Below are positions 9,798 to 19,296 of a stretch of DNA of 64,000 nucleotides, one piece after another (the first letter of the stretch is position 1; every line of letters begins with the position of its first letter). This stretch comes from Vicinamibacteria bacterium. GTDB taxonomy: Bacteria > Acidobacteriota > Vicinamibacteria > Fen-336 > JAGNNV01. The notes beneath the pieces were generated by a model. The model ran no database searches and had not been told where the DNA came from. It was given only the letters and a program-made list of their open reading frames with translations. The DNA lies in assembly GCA_044229175.1 (NCBI GenBank), contig JBGATM010000001.1, positions 24,282-88,281 on the forward strand, in the 5' to 3' direction. The translations under genes were made by a program, and so were the position numbers.

Positions 9798-10922
9798 ATG
9801 AAGACACTAAAAGTCATCGGAATGGTCCCCCTGGTCCTGATTGCCGCGACCGCTTTCTCTCAAGGCGATGATCGCGCCGTTCCCCGTGGCGGCGGAGGTG
9901 GGGGCGGCGATTCATCCGCGGGCGCCCGGCACACCGGGGGCGGCGGCGGCGGAGCCCCGCAAGGCGGGGGCGGAGCCCACCAGGGCGGTGGCGGTTCGTG
10001 GAGCGGAAGCTCATATCAGTCGGGCGCGGAGGGTCGCCGTCCGCGGCCCGGCACGGGGACTGGCAACCGCGATCGGTACGGCAATGAGTACAACCACTAC
10101 TACGGCCGCTATCCGTACTACTACGGCTACGGCGGTTATTACGGCTATCCCTACTCCTATTCCTACAGCCCATACGCCTATTGGGGCTATCCGGGCTATG
10201 GGTGGGGCTTTGGCCTCGGCTATGGCTACGGCTACGGCGCGTGGGGCTATGGCGATTACTACGGTTATTACCCCGCGCCCTACTATGGCGGCGGGTATCG
10301 AGAGACGAATGTCGCGCAGATCCGAACCCTGGTCGATCCGCCCAAGACCCGGGTCTATGTCGACGGCTACTACGCCGGCGTCGCGGACGATTTCGACGGC
10401 ATGTTCCAGCGTCTGAGCGTCTCGCCCGGCCGCCACGACATCGCTCTGAAGCTCGAGGGATACGCCTCGCACACCTTCTCCGTCTACGCCGGAGGCGCGG
10501 AGACCATCAAGCTTCGCTGGGACATGGTCAAAGGCACGGGCGAGACCCGGGAGACCATCGGCGAGGAATACGCCCGTCCCCTGGATCAAGGCCCCCCACC
10601 TGCTCGTGAGCTGCCTCAGAGTGAACCCCCGCGCGCCCGGCCGGAACCGGGCCGCGAGGTCGATTCTCCGCGCGTCGACCAGCCTGTGATTCAGATGTCC
10701 CAGGCCGGCCGCGGCGAAGTCCTCTTCGACATCCTCCCCCTCGACGCCTCGGTCTACATCGATGGCGAGTTCCACGGCAAGGCGTCGCAGCTGACGCAGG
10801 TCCAGCTACCGTTCGGCCGTCACCGCATCGAGGTCGTCCGTCCGGGCTACCGCACCGAAGAGACCGAGATCAACGTCGACGCCGACGGTCGGAAGATCGT
10901 GGTCAAGCTCGACCGGAGGTAG
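9798..10922 (+). CDS. Secreted Gly- and Tyr/Gly-rich protein with two PEGA domains
   Basis: Start at MKTLKVIGMVPLVLIAATAFSQG (signal peptide). Then come a poly-Gly tract and a 74-aa region that is about 45% Tyr and 35% Gly (YGYGGYYGYPYSYSYSPYAYWGYPGYGWGFGLGYGYGYGAWGYGDYYGYY). Two PEGA-like beta domains follow (TRVYVDGYYAG...GRHDIALKLEGY and ASVYIDGEFHG...GRHRIEVVRPGY). Confidence 0.7.
   Translation: MKTLKVIGMVPLVLIAATAFSQGDDRAVPRGGGGGGGDSSAGARHTGGGGGGAPQGGGGAHQGGGGSWSGSSYQSGAEGRRPRPGTGTGNRDRYGNEYNHYYGRYPYYYGYGGYYGYPYSYSYSPYAYWGYPGYGWGFGLGYGYGYGAWGYGDYYGYYPAPYYGGGYRETNVAQIRTLVDPPKTRVYVDGYYAGVADDFDGMFQRLSVSPGRHDIALKLEGYASHTFSVYAGGAETIKLRWDMVKGTGETRETIGEEYARPLDQGPPPARELPQSEPPRARPEPGREVDSPRVDQPVIQMSQAGRGEVLFDILPLDASVYIDGEFHGKASQLTQVQLPFGRHRIEVVRPGYRTEETEINVDADGRKIVVKLDRR
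10077..10298 (+). repeat. Low-complexity GGCTAC/GGCTAT-type tandem tract encoding the Tyr/Gly-rich region
   Basis: Visible ggctacggc / ggctatggc reiteration in the DNA, corresponding to aa 136-209 of the ORF. Confidence 0.6.
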
Positions 10923-10968
10923 AGCCCCGTAAAAGCCGGCCCTTCGGGGCCGGCGTCCGCCTGCTTCC

Positions 10969-12003
10969 CTACTGAGATCCGGCCGCGGTCGCGAGAGTCG
11001 GGTTCGTCGGGGGCGGTACGCCGAGGAGCGACCGGTAGAACTCACCGGCCACCGCGGAGGCGGCGGCGCCGTTGCCCCCGCGAACGAAGGCCACGACCAC
11101 CATCTCCGAACGCGGGTAGCCGAGAGAAGACGCGAACCAGCCGACGCCCGCGCACGATCCGGTCTTCCCGGAAGCCACGAAACCGGGGTCGAAGGCGCGT
11201 TGTGCGCTTCCCTCGGTCACGGAAGAGAAGAGTCCGGGGGCGAGGAGCGCCAGGGTGGGAGGTGCGGACAGGTGCGACCGCTCCTTCGTTTTGACCGCCT
11301 GGGGTCCGACGAACTGCGGTTCGTTGACCACGCCGCCGTTCACCAGGGCGGACATGAGCACGGCGAGCTGCATGGCGGAGGTCTTGACGCCTTGAGCATG
11401 CGACGACATATGGCCGACACCGAGACTCGGGATGGAGGAAGGAATCACGCCCGCGGTCTCGCCCGGCACGTTGATGCCGGTCGGGGAGCCCAGGCCGAGC
11501 TTCTGCGCGTAGGCGCGCACGGTCTCGAACCCCAGTCGCTCACCCACCCATTCGAAATAGGTGTTGCAGGAGACCGCGAGGGCGCGCCGCAAGTCGATGG
11601 GACCGTGCCCCGGGCTGATCCAGCAGCCGTCGGTGCAATTGAAGCGCGACTCGGGCGTGATGATGCCTTCGGTCAGTCCGGCCACCGCCACCACGAGCTT
11701 GAAGACCGAACAGGGCTGATAGGCGGTGAGAAGGCCGGACTGGGGATTGCCGATGGTGAGGACGCGGCCGGTCCAGGGGTCCATGGCGACGAGGGCGACG
11801 TTCGGCCGGTTGCGGATGGCCACCCGCGCGGCTTCTCCCACTCTCAGATCGAAGACGGACGCCTCGGGCGGAGTCAGGATCGAGACGGGAATCCACCGCG
11901 CCGGCGCGCTCTTTCGAGCTTTCGGGGCCGCGAACGCAGGCCCGCCCAGCAAGGGCAGGAGACACCCGAGGGCCAGGATTCGCGTCGGTTTTCGGAAGGA
12001 CAT
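10969..12003 (-). CDS. Penicillin-binding transpeptidase-domain protein / serine beta-lactamase-like, secreted
   Basis: Start at MSFRKPTRILALGCLLPLLGGPAFA (signal peptide; aa 95 of the ORF). SxxK (SVFK), SxN (SCN) and KTG (SGKTGS) motifs are all present. Length is 344 aa. Confidence 0.65.
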   Translation of the reverse strand: MSFRKPTRILALGCLLPLLGGPAFAAPKARKSAPARWIPVSILTPPEASVFDLRVGEAARVAIRNRPNVALVAMDPWTGRVLTIGNPQSGLLTAYQPCSVFKLVVAVAGLTEGIITPESRFNCTDGCWISPGHGPIDLRRALAVSCNTYFEWVGERLGFETVRAYAQKLGLGSPTGINVPGETAGVIPSSIPSLGVGHMSSHAQGVKTSAMQLAVLMSALVNGGVVNEPQFVGPQAVKTKERSHLSAPPTLALLAPGLFSSVTEGSAQRAFDPGFVASGKTGSCAGVGWFASSLGYPRSEMVVVAFVRGGNGAAASAVAGEFYRSLLGVPPPTNPTLATAAGSQ

Positions 12004-12175
12004 GGGCGGTGAAGCCCTGAAGCTATCACGACCCCCTAGTCCCAGGTTTCGCCGGGGCGGCGGTACACTCCCGTTCCCGAAGCGACGAGTCCCCGGGGCG
12101 GGGGTGCGGTTCGCCCCTTCGGCGTCTTCGAAAACCGCGCCACTTCTGCCCGCCTTGTTCAAAAGGAACTGCTCA

Positions 12176-13573
12176 ATGAAACGTTTTGGTCTGGCCCCGG
12201 CCCTCCTCGCCCTTCTCGCCTCCAATGCCCTCGCGGATCTCGACAAGAACGCGAAGAAATGGGTCGACGAAGTGCGGCCCATCATCCTTCCCGAGGAAGA
12301 GAAGTCCTACAAGGGCCTCAAGAACAACGCCGACGCCGCCGAATTCCAGAAGATCTTCTGGGCCCGTCGCGATCCGAACCTCGACACCCCCGAGAACGAG
12401 TACCAGGCCGAGTACCTGAAGCTCGTGGCCGAGGTCGATACGAAGTTCAAGGTGGCCGGCCGGGCGGGTTCGCAGACCGACTGCGGACGCCTTTACATCC
12501 TCCTCGGCGCCCCCGACGCGGTAAAGAAGGAGACGACGTCGGAGGTGTCCTTCCGCTCCCCGGAAACCTGGACCTACAAGGACCGGCCCACCATGACGTT
12601 CAAGGGCGGCTCGATCGAGATCCCCCTCGACGGCACCTGCATGCTGCCCCAGGGAAATCGCTTCGCCGAGCAGCTGAACCGGCTCGCCGAGTTCAAGGTC
12701 GTCCAGACCAACCTGTCGTACAAGTTCGATTCGAAGGGCGGCCTCGTGAAGCTCGTCGATCTGCTCCCCAAGCCCACGCCCGTGCAGGCTCTGCTCAAGG
12801 AGCCGCGCAAGGACTTCGAACTCAACGCGAAGCCGATCATGGAGATCCGTTCCCAGGACGGCGCCTCGGTATTCGTCGCCGGACTCATCCAGGGCGACGC
12901 CACCGGCCTCACCGTGACGGACGCGGGCGGGAAGAAGGTGGCGAAAGTGGTGGTTTCGGTTCATTCCTCCGACAAGGAAGGCCGGGTGCTCAAGTCGGCG
13001 GACCGCGAGGTCACGGCCGAAGTCGTCGACAACAAGTTCGTTTCCGGGTTCGGCATGCCGCTTCGTCCGGGTGAGCACACCATGAAGGTCGGGGCGATCG
13101 ATCCCAAGTCGAGCAAGGGCGCGGTGGCTCAGATGACGTTCAAGACCCAGGACTACGGCGTCGAACTCACGGTGTCTCCGGTCATGGTCCTGGCCGACAT
13201 CCAGGAGGGGACGACCCCCGCGAAGGACGATCCTCTCTTCGACTTCACCTTCGGCGCCACCAAGTTCGTGCCGCGTTACGGCAACGTGTTCAAGAAGAGC
13301 GAGTCGGTGACGCTTCTGGCCGCGATCTACGGCGCGGTGAAGGACGAAGCGGGGAAGATCTCGGTGACCGGCGGCTTCCAGATCCTCAAGGACGGCAAGA
13401 CCCTCGCCAAGGCCCCGGATCAGACCTACGACGTCGAGCCCGCGACACCCTCCGCGGGTCCGGTGCCGCTTGGCGGTTACGCTCCCGGCAAGTACATCGC
13501 GCAGCTTCGTCTTCGCGACAACGTGGCGAAGAAGGACCACGTCAAGGAAACCGAGTTCGAGATTATTCCCTAG
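12176..13573 (+). CDS. GWxTD-domain secreted protein
   Basis: Start at MKRFGLAPALLALLASNALA, preceded by AAAAGGAA. The motif IFWARRDPNLDTPENEY...GSQTDCGRLYILLGAPD fits the GWxTD pattern with W replaced by S; this domain is characteristic of Acidobacteria. Confidence 0.5.
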   Translation: MKRFGLAPALLALLASNALADLDKNAKKWVDEVRPIILPEEEKSYKGLKNNADAAEFQKIFWARRDPNLDTPENEYQAEYLKLVAEVDTKFKVAGRAGSQTDCGRLYILLGAPDAVKKETTSEVSFRSPETWTYKDRPTMTFKGGSIEIPLDGTCMLPQGNRFAEQLNRLAEFKVVQTNLSYKFDSKGGLVKLVDLLPKPTPVQALLKEPRKDFELNAKPIMEIRSQDGASVFVAGLIQGDATGLTVTDAGGKKVAKVVVSVHSSDKEGRVLKSADREVTAEVVDNKFVSGFGMPLRPGEHTMKVGAIDPKSSKGAVAQMTFKTQDYGVELTVSPVMVLADIQEGTTPAKDDPLFDFTFGATKFVPRYGNVFKKSESVTLLAAIYGAVKDEAGKISVTGGFQILKDGKTLAKAPDQTYDVEPATPSAGPVPLGGYAPGKYIAQLRLRDNVAKKDHVKETEFEIIP

Positions 13574-13689
13574 TCCGTCGCTGGGACCGTCAGAACCGCG
13601 ACCGCCGCACTGCGAACCCCGCACCGCGAACCCGCCCGGTGAGCCACGCACAGCGCGTTACCCCACGACCAGGCTCGTGCTGTCCGTCC

Positions 13690-13766
13690 AGTATTCCCCT
13701 CACGTCATTGCGAGGAGGCCAGTCCGTCCGCTATCCGACGAAGCAACCCCCTCCCACCACTACCAA
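13690..13766. repeat. Dispersed intergenic repeat, copy A (~77 bp)
   Basis: It shares conserved blocks with copy B at about 27085: tcacgtcattgcgaggag, cgacgaagcaaccccctc and ccactaccaa, in the same order, spacing and orientation. Confidence 0.6.
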
Positions 13767-13817
13767 CCCGGGGCGTTTCTCCCAATCGCCACGTCCGAAG
13801 GACGTGAGCGCTCGCGG

Positions 13818-14816
13818 CTAGCTTGCCTGCAGCCCGGTGATCGCGATGGCGTCGACGATGTCTTCGACCGAGCAGCCTCGCGAGAGGTCGTTGGCGGGTT
13901 TCGCGAGGCCCTGAAGGATCGGGCCCACGGCGCGGGCGCCGCCGAGGCGTTCCGCCATCTTGTAGCCGATGTTTCCGGAGTCGAGGTCGGGGAAGATGAG
14001 GACGTTCGCCCGCCCGCCCACCTCGGACCCCGGAGCCTTGGAGGCGGCGACGCTCGGGACGAGGGCCGCGTCGAGCTGCAGTTCGCCGTCCAGTTTGAGG
14101 CTCGGATAGCGCTCGCGGGCGATGTCGAAAGCGGCGCGGACCTTGCGCACCCGCGGATGATCGGCGCTGCCCTTGGTCGAAAACGAGAGCAGAGCGACGA
14201 GCGGCTCGACCCCGAGGAACTTCCTCGCGTTCCCGCTCGCGAGCCAGGCGATCTCCGCGAGCTCGCCCGGAGTGGGGTCGGGATTCACCCCGCAGTCCGC
14301 GAAGATGAGGCTGCCCGAGGCGCCGACACTCTGGTTGCCGGTCTCCATCAGGAAGAACGACGAAATCTTCGAAATGCCCTCCGCCACGCCGATGCCGCGC
14401 AGCGCCGCGCGCAGGGTTTCCGCGGTGGTGGACCGCGCCCCGGCCACGAAGCCGTCGAAGGTTTGAAGCGACACCCCGATGGCCGCGAAGAGCATGGCTC
14501 CGCGAACGTGGTCGGCCGCCTCGGACTCGGACATCCCGCGCGCGCGCGTCCGTTCCAGGTAGAAGCGCTTCGCGGTCTCGTGCTCCTTGCCGGAGGTGGG
14601 CGCTTCCACGAGATCGATCCCGGCGAGGTCGACGCCGAGGGCCGAAGCCGCGGATCGAACCTTCGACGGGTCCGCGCTCACCAGGGAAATGCGCGCGAGG
14701 CCCGCCTTCGTCGCGAGGGCGGCCGCCTGCAACGTGCGCGGCTCGTCCGCCTCCGGCAGGGCGATCCTCTTCGGCTTCCTGGCCGCTTCGTCGCGGATCC
14801 TTCGAAGGGCGCTCAT
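13818..14816 (-). CDS. pta: Phosphate acetyltransferase (PTA_PTB family)
   Basis: Start at [22 protein letters not shown] (aa 23 of the ORF). The Pta core is typical (GVSLQTFDG..., [30 protein letters not shown]). Length is 332 aa. Confidence 0.85.
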   Translation of the reverse strand: MSALRRIRDEAARKPKRIALPEADEPRTLQAAALATKAGLARISLVSADPSKVRSAASALGVDLAGIDLVEAPTSGKEHETAKRFYLERTRARGMSESEAADHVRGAMLFAAIGVSLQTFDGFVAGARSTTAETLRAALRGIGVAEGISKISSFFLMETGNQSVGASGSLIFADCGVNPDPTPGELAEIAWLASGNARKFLGVEPLVALLSFSTKGSADHPRVRKVRAAFDIARERYPSLKLDGELQLDAALVPSVAASKAPGSEVGGRANVLIFPDLDSGNIGYKMAERLGGARAVGPILQGLAKPANDLSRGCSVEDIVDAIAITGLQAS

Positions 14817-14869
14817 CGACGGAGAGTTAACCACAGGAAGGTCCCGAAGTAGGACAGAATCACCCGCGA

Positions 14870-15766
14870 ATGTCCGACCCACTGAACTACCACCACCTTC
14901 GCTACTTCTGGGCGGTGGTCCGTGAAGGCGGCATCACCCGGGCGAGCGAAAGACTCCACGTCTCGCAGCCCGCGATCAGCGCGCAGCTGCGCGAGCTCGA
15001 GCGCGCTCTCGGCGCCCGGCTGTACACGCGCTCGGGGCGGTCGATCGTTCTCACCGACGTGGGGCGGCTCGTCTTTCAGTACGCGGAGCAGATCTTCGGC
15101 ATCGGCAAGGAGCTCGTGGAGGTGGTGACCGGACGCGCGGCGCCTCGCCCGCGCGCGTTGTCCATCGGCATCGTGGACGCGGTTCCGAAACTCATCGTGT
15201 ATCGGCTGGTCGAGCCCGCCCTGCGCCTGACCCCCGCGGTTCGCGTGGTGTGCGTCGAGGGCAAGCTCGACCGCCTGCTCGCCGATCTCGCCACCCATCA
15301 CCTGGACCTCGTCCTCTCCGACGCGCCCGCGCCCGCCTCGGCGAAGGTCCGGGCCTATTCGCACCTTCTCGGCGAGAGCGGCGTCGGCTTCTTCGGGGTG
15401 CCCTCCTTTCGCGGACTCAGGCGGGATTTTCCGAAATCCCTTTCCGGGGTCCCGCTGCTCATGCCCGCGGAGGCCGCGACCCTGCGGCGCTCGATCGACC
15501 GATGGTTCGAGAGCCACGAGGTGACGCCCAGCATCGTGGGCGAATTCGAGGACAGCGCGCTCATGAAGGTCTTCGGTCAGAAGGGCCTCGGGGTATTCCC
15601 CGCGCCCCTGGCCCTCGCGCGGGACATCAAGGCCCAGTACGGCGCGGAGCTCGTGGGCCGGCTCCTGGGTCTGACCGAGCGCGCCTACGCCATCACGGTC
15701 GAGCGGCGGCTCAAGCATCCGGCCGCGGTGGCGATCTCCGAGAGCGCCATGGCGCTCTTCCGCTGA
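14870..15766 (+). CDS. LysR-family transcriptional regulator (NhaR-like)
   Basis: An N-terminal HTH ([40 protein letters not shown]) and a LysR substrate-binding domain. It is divergent from pta across a 53-bp spacer. Confidence 0.85.
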   Translation: MSDPLNYHHLRYFWAVVREGGITRASERLHVSQPAISAQLRELERALGARLYTRSGRSIVLTDVGRLVFQYAEQIFGIGKELVEVVTGRAAPRPRALSIGIVDAVPKLIVYRLVEPALRLTPAVRVVCVEGKLDRLLADLATHHLDLVLSDAPAPASAKVRAYSHLLGESGVGFFGVPSFRGLRRDFPKSLSGVPLLMPAEAATLRRSIDRWFESHEVTPSIVGEFEDSALMKVFGQKGLGVFPAPLALARDIKAQYGAELVGRLLGLTERAYAITVERRLKHPAAVAISESAMALFR

Positions 15767-15802
15767 GCCTCGCTTCAAGGCCCTTATGATCCTGCGCCAC
15801 CC

Positions 15803-16906
15803 ATGAAAGCGCCCCGCGTCTACGTCACCGCCGACATTGGCCGGGAAGCGATCCTTCGCCTGTCGGGGGCCGGCTTCGAGGTGGAGGTCTATCCCAGCGT
15901 GGAGCCGCCCAGCTACGAAGAGCTCACCGCGAAGATCGAGTCCGGAATCGACGGGCTCGTGACCACCATCCGCGACCGGATCGACGAGGCGCTCCTTGCG
16001 AAGGGTGAAGCCGCGGGACTGAAGATCGTGGCCCAGGTGGCGGTGGGCTACGACAACATCGATGTTCCCGCGGCCACGCGTCACGGGATTCCCGTCGCGA
16101 ATACGCCGGACGTCCTCTCCGACGCCACCGCGGAATTCGCCTTCTTCATGATGGGCGACGTGGCCCGCAAGCTCTATCCGTCCGAGGATCTGGTGCGCAG
16201 CGGCCGCTGGGGCGTGTGGCACCCGCATCACCCCTGGCTGGGCGACAACGTGGCGGGCAAGACGGTGGCGGTGATCGGCACGGGTCGCATCGGCAAGGCG
16301 TTCGTCCACAAGTGCGCGGGATTCGACATGGACGTGCTCTGCTATTCGCGCACCCGCGACGAGAAGTTCAGGGCCGATGTCCAGCGCGTCATGGACCTGC
16401 GCGCCGAACTCGGTTTCGGAAAGCGGCGCACCATCGAATACGCGACCCTCGAAGAAGCGCTGGCCACCGCGGATTTCGTGTCCCTTCACGTGCCCCTCAT
16501 CAAGACGGGTCCCGACGCCACCGTCCATTTCATGAACGAGACGCGCCTTCGCCAGATGAAGCGCAACGCGTATCTGATCAACACCACGCGCGGCCCGGTG
16601 GTGGACGAGGATGCCCTGGCCCGCGCTCTGCTGGACGGGGTGATCGCGGGCGCCGCGCTCGATGTCTTCGCCAAAGAGCCCCTGCCCATGGATTCGCCGC
16701 TGCGCGACGAACGCCTGTTCCTCAAACTCAGGCTCTTCAACCATCTCGGCTCGGGCACGTACGAGACGCGCCTGTCGCCGGACCCGAACATCGGGATGGC
16801 CGGCCGCGCCGTGCAGTCCGTCATCGATCGTCTGGGAGGCGCCGACCCCCGGCAGATGGCCTGGGTCGTGAATCGATCCAACCTTCAGGGAGTCTTCGCC
16901 GGATGA
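15803..16906 (+). CDS. D-isomer-specific 2-hydroxyacid dehydrogenase (glyoxylate/hydroxypyruvate reductase-like)
   Basis: Rossmann motif GKTVAVIGTGRIGKAF and catalytic-domain conservation; length 367 aa. Confidence 0.85.
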   Translation: MKAPRVYVTADIGREAILRLSGAGFEVEVYPSVEPPSYEELTAKIESGIDGLVTTIRDRIDEALLAKGEAAGLKIVAQVAVGYDNIDVPAATRHGIPVANTPDVLSDATAEFAFFMMGDVARKLYPSEDLVRSGRWGVWHPHHPWLGDNVAGKTVAVIGTGRIGKAFVHKCAGFDMDVLCYSRTRDEKFRADVQRVMDLRAELGFGKRRTIEYATLEEALATADFVSLHVPLIKTGPDATVHFMNETRLRQMKRNAYLINTTRGPVVDEDALARALLDGVIAGAALDVFAKEPLPMDSPLRDERLFLKLRLFNHLGSGTYETRLSPDPNIGMAGRAVQSVIDRLGGADPRQMAWVVNRSNLQGVFAG

Positions 16907-19296
16907 TGAAAAGGAACACCCAGCGACTTCTGATCGCGTTACTGACGAGCGCGGTGGCGGCCGCGGACGCGTTGGCCCGGCAGAAGGATCCGCCGCCCGA
17001 GCCCTCACCCACGCCGGCTGCGCGATCCCAGGCCGAGGTCACGAAGGCCCTTCCCACCGCGGGCTCGCTCACCGCACGCGTGGTGCAGCTCAATTCCGGC
17101 CTGGTGCTCGAGCGCGAGGAGAGTTCCGGTCTCTTTCCCGCCGAACCGTCGCGCTTCGCGTTCCGCGGCGGGTCGTGGACGCAGTCCCGCATCGAGATCG
17201 ACGGCTTCGACGTCACCGACCCGATCTTCGGCGGCCGGGCCCTGGTCTGGGGTGCGGTCGAGCTGGGCGAGGTCGACGTTCGCACCGACTCGAAGGGGAC
17301 CGTGCTCGTTCACGATCATCCCGGCTCTCATGCCCCTGGCCGCACGCGCGTCCTGCTCCAGGGGAACCTGGGTCTGTTCGACTCGAAGGGGACTACCGCA
17401 GACCCGATCCCTTCGCTCGCGCGCGGGCACTCTCAGTTCGACGGGGTGCTGGCCGCTTCCGGCGCGTCCTCGACGGGCGCCACGAACTGGAGCGGCGCGC
17501 TTTCCGGGGCGGACGTGTCCCGCTCGGAGCGCGACTCCGATCTCGAACGCGCGACCCAGAGGCTTGGTTTCGAAGGTCGGTTGAACCACATGACGGGCGA
17601 CGATTCGTTCCGTGGTCTCGCGATGTACCAGGGTCGCCGCATGCCCTTCGGTTTCACCGCCACGGAAACACGGAGCACCGGCCTGTTGCTGGGCGCCGGG
17701 TGGGCGAGGCAGCACTCCCACGCGGTCCGGTTTCCGAGCCTGGGGGAGAGAAACGAGACCACGCTCAACGTGAGCTACCTGCGCGGAACCACCGACGATC
17801 CCGCCTTCGGATCGCCGTTGCCCTTCGAGCGCCTGGTGGACGGCCCCCCCGACTTCCAGGTCCCTTATCAATCGGTCGCCCAGCGGTTCGCGATCGAGGC
17901 CGCCCGGCGGGGATGGAACCTGGGCGATGTCGTGTCCTCGTCGGTGGTGGCGCGCTTCAGCCGGAGCCTGGGCCAGCGCGACCTTGCGGGAGGGACCTTC
18001 CAGGGCCTCGAAAGACTGCACGGCACCTCCGCCCGCCAGTGGACGTACTCCGCCGCCGCGCCCTCGCGCCTGGGCGAGACGCGCGCGAGCCTCAGCCTGG
18101 GCCTGGGCTACGGCCTTTCCGAGCGCACCCGGGTGAGCGGCGCGGTCGAACTGCAGCATGTGGCGGTGAGCGACCGTGACGGCGAGAAGATCCTCGGTTC
18201 CACGAAGGTCCTTCCCGAACTCCGCTTCGAATGGACGAAGAGCGAGGCCACGAGCTTCTACGCCGAGGCGTCGATCGGCACGGCTCCGACGCCTCTCTCG
18301 AGTTACGAGGCGGCGGCGAGCCACGCCCCCGCGGTGAGCGCCCGGCTCTGGCGGGACGCCAATCGCGACGGCCTCGCGTCACCCTCGGAACTGGGCATCG
18401 AGGTGGCGCGCCGCGGACCGGACTCGCTTTCCGTCGATCCCGATCTGTCCCTCCCCACCATGCGTCGGGTCATCGTCGGCTTCCGGACCAGGGTGCGGGG
18501 CATCGGCATTCACGCCACCGCGTTCGCGCGCCGCGACCGGGATCTCATCGAAACCGCACTCGACCCGCAAGGCTCTGAGATCGCGCGCGTCCGCAACATC
18601 CCCGATCCCTCCGGCGACATCGTGGGCGCGTCCGACGATCAGATCCTGCCCATCATCGAGGAGAGCCTCCGCTCTTTCACCCAGTCGAAGTACCTGCTCA
18701 CCAATCCCGCCGACCACGACGCGCTGGGAGAGGGGGCCGAGCTTGGTTTCGAGACCAACTCGAAGCACGTCCACTGGGGCCTCATCGGCGCGGCGTTCCG
18801 CGATTCGGGCCGCGGCGGCAACCGCAGCCTGCGGGTGGGGGAGAACGATTTCGGCGTGGTGGGCGAGAGCTTCGACCGCACGAACGCCGACACCTACGGC
18901 TACGGCCGCCTCTTTTTCGACCGCGCCTACAGCCTGCGCATGTATCTGACCGCGAACGATGTCCGCGGTTTCACCTTCGGCGCGATCGGCCGCTACGACG
19001 ACGGCCAGCCCTTCGCGCGCCTGGTGATCCAGAACGATCTTCCCCAGGGGCCCGACTTCGTGCAGGCGATACCGCGCGGCCGCGCGCGGCTTCACTACAC
19101 CCTCTCGGTGGACGCCCGCCTCGCGAAGCGCTTCAACGCGGGCGGGGCCAGCGTCGAGGTCTCGGCCTCGGTGTTCAATGCCCTCGGCTCGCAGTTCGAG
19201 GCGGAGGAGCAGATCGTCTGGCAGGCCGACTACCGGAGGATCACCATGGTCCAGCCGCCGCGCGCCTTCGTGATCGGCGTGCGCATCGAGCGGTAG
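16903..19296 (+). CDS. Outer-membrane beta-barrel protein, TonB-dependent-receptor-like
   Basis: Start at MMKRNTQRLLIALLTSAVAAADA overlaps the upstream stop as ATGA. It has a plug-like segment (RIEIDGFDVTDPIFGG) and a long region of alternating beta strands. The C-terminus is not aromatic, so the call is weak. Confidence 0.4.
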   Translation: MMKRNTQRLLIALLTSAVAAADALARQKDPPPEPSPTPAARSQAEVTKALPTAGSLTARVVQLNSGLVLEREESSGLFPAEPSRFAFRGGSWTQSRIEIDGFDVTDPIFGGRALVWGAVELGEVDVRTDSKGTVLVHDHPGSHAPGRTRVLLQGNLGLFDSKGTTADPIPSLARGHSQFDGVLAASGASSTGATNWSGALSGADVSRSERDSDLERATQRLGFEGRLNHMTGDDSFRGLAMYQGRRMPFGFTATETRSTGLLLGAGWARQHSHAVRFPSLGERNETTLNVSYLRGTTDDPAFGSPLPFERLVDGPPDFQVPYQSVAQRFAIEAARRGWNLGDVVSSSVVARFSRSLGQRDLAGGTFQGLERLHGTSARQWTYSAAAPSRLGETRASLSLGLGYGLSERTRVSGAVELQHVAVSDRDGEKILGSTKVLPELRFEWTKSEATSFYAEASIGTAPTPLSSYEAAASHAPAVSARLWRDANRDGLASPSELGIEVARRGPDSLSVDPDLSLPTMRRVIVGFRTRVRGIGIHATAFARRDRDLIETALDPQGSEIARVRNIPDPSGDIVGASDDQILPIIEESLRSFTQSKYLLTNPADHDALGEGAELGFETNSKHVHWGLIGAAFRDSGRGGNRSLRVGENDFGVVGESFDRTNADTYGYGRLFFDRAYSLRMYLTANDVRGFTFGAIGRYDDGQPFARLVIQNDLPQGPDFVQAIPRGRARLHYTLSVDARLAKRFNAGGASVEVSASVFNALGSQFEAEEQIVWQADYRRITMVQPPRAFVIGVRIER

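Noticed and set aside
13690-13766. Interpreting the dispersed repeat as a riboswitch or leader RNA
   Set aside because: One copy is in a convergent (3') region and the other in a divergent (5') region, so position relative to genes is not conserved. I also see no convincing conserved hairpin.
13818-14816. pta as the phosphotransacylase cargo (PTAC) of the microcompartment
   Set aside because: - It lies about 40 kb from the shell genes.
- It lacks any N- or C-terminal encapsulation peptide.
- It has its own LysR regulator, so it is more likely housekeeping.
16216-16902. 5' 229 codons of ORF 16216..19296 overlapping the dehydrogenase gene
   Set aside because: - The extension reads in an alternative frame through a well-supported dehydrogenase.
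- A signal-peptide start (MMKRNTQRLLIALL) occurs exactly at the dehydrogenase stop.
16903-19296. Calling the 797-aa protein a bona fide TonB-dependent receptor
   Set aside because: - It has a plug-like motif but no obvious TonB box.
- It has a non-aromatic C-terminus (..GVRIER), unlike the clear receptor at 57255..59765 (..FGVRFRF).
- I kept it as an outer-membrane barrel at low confidence.
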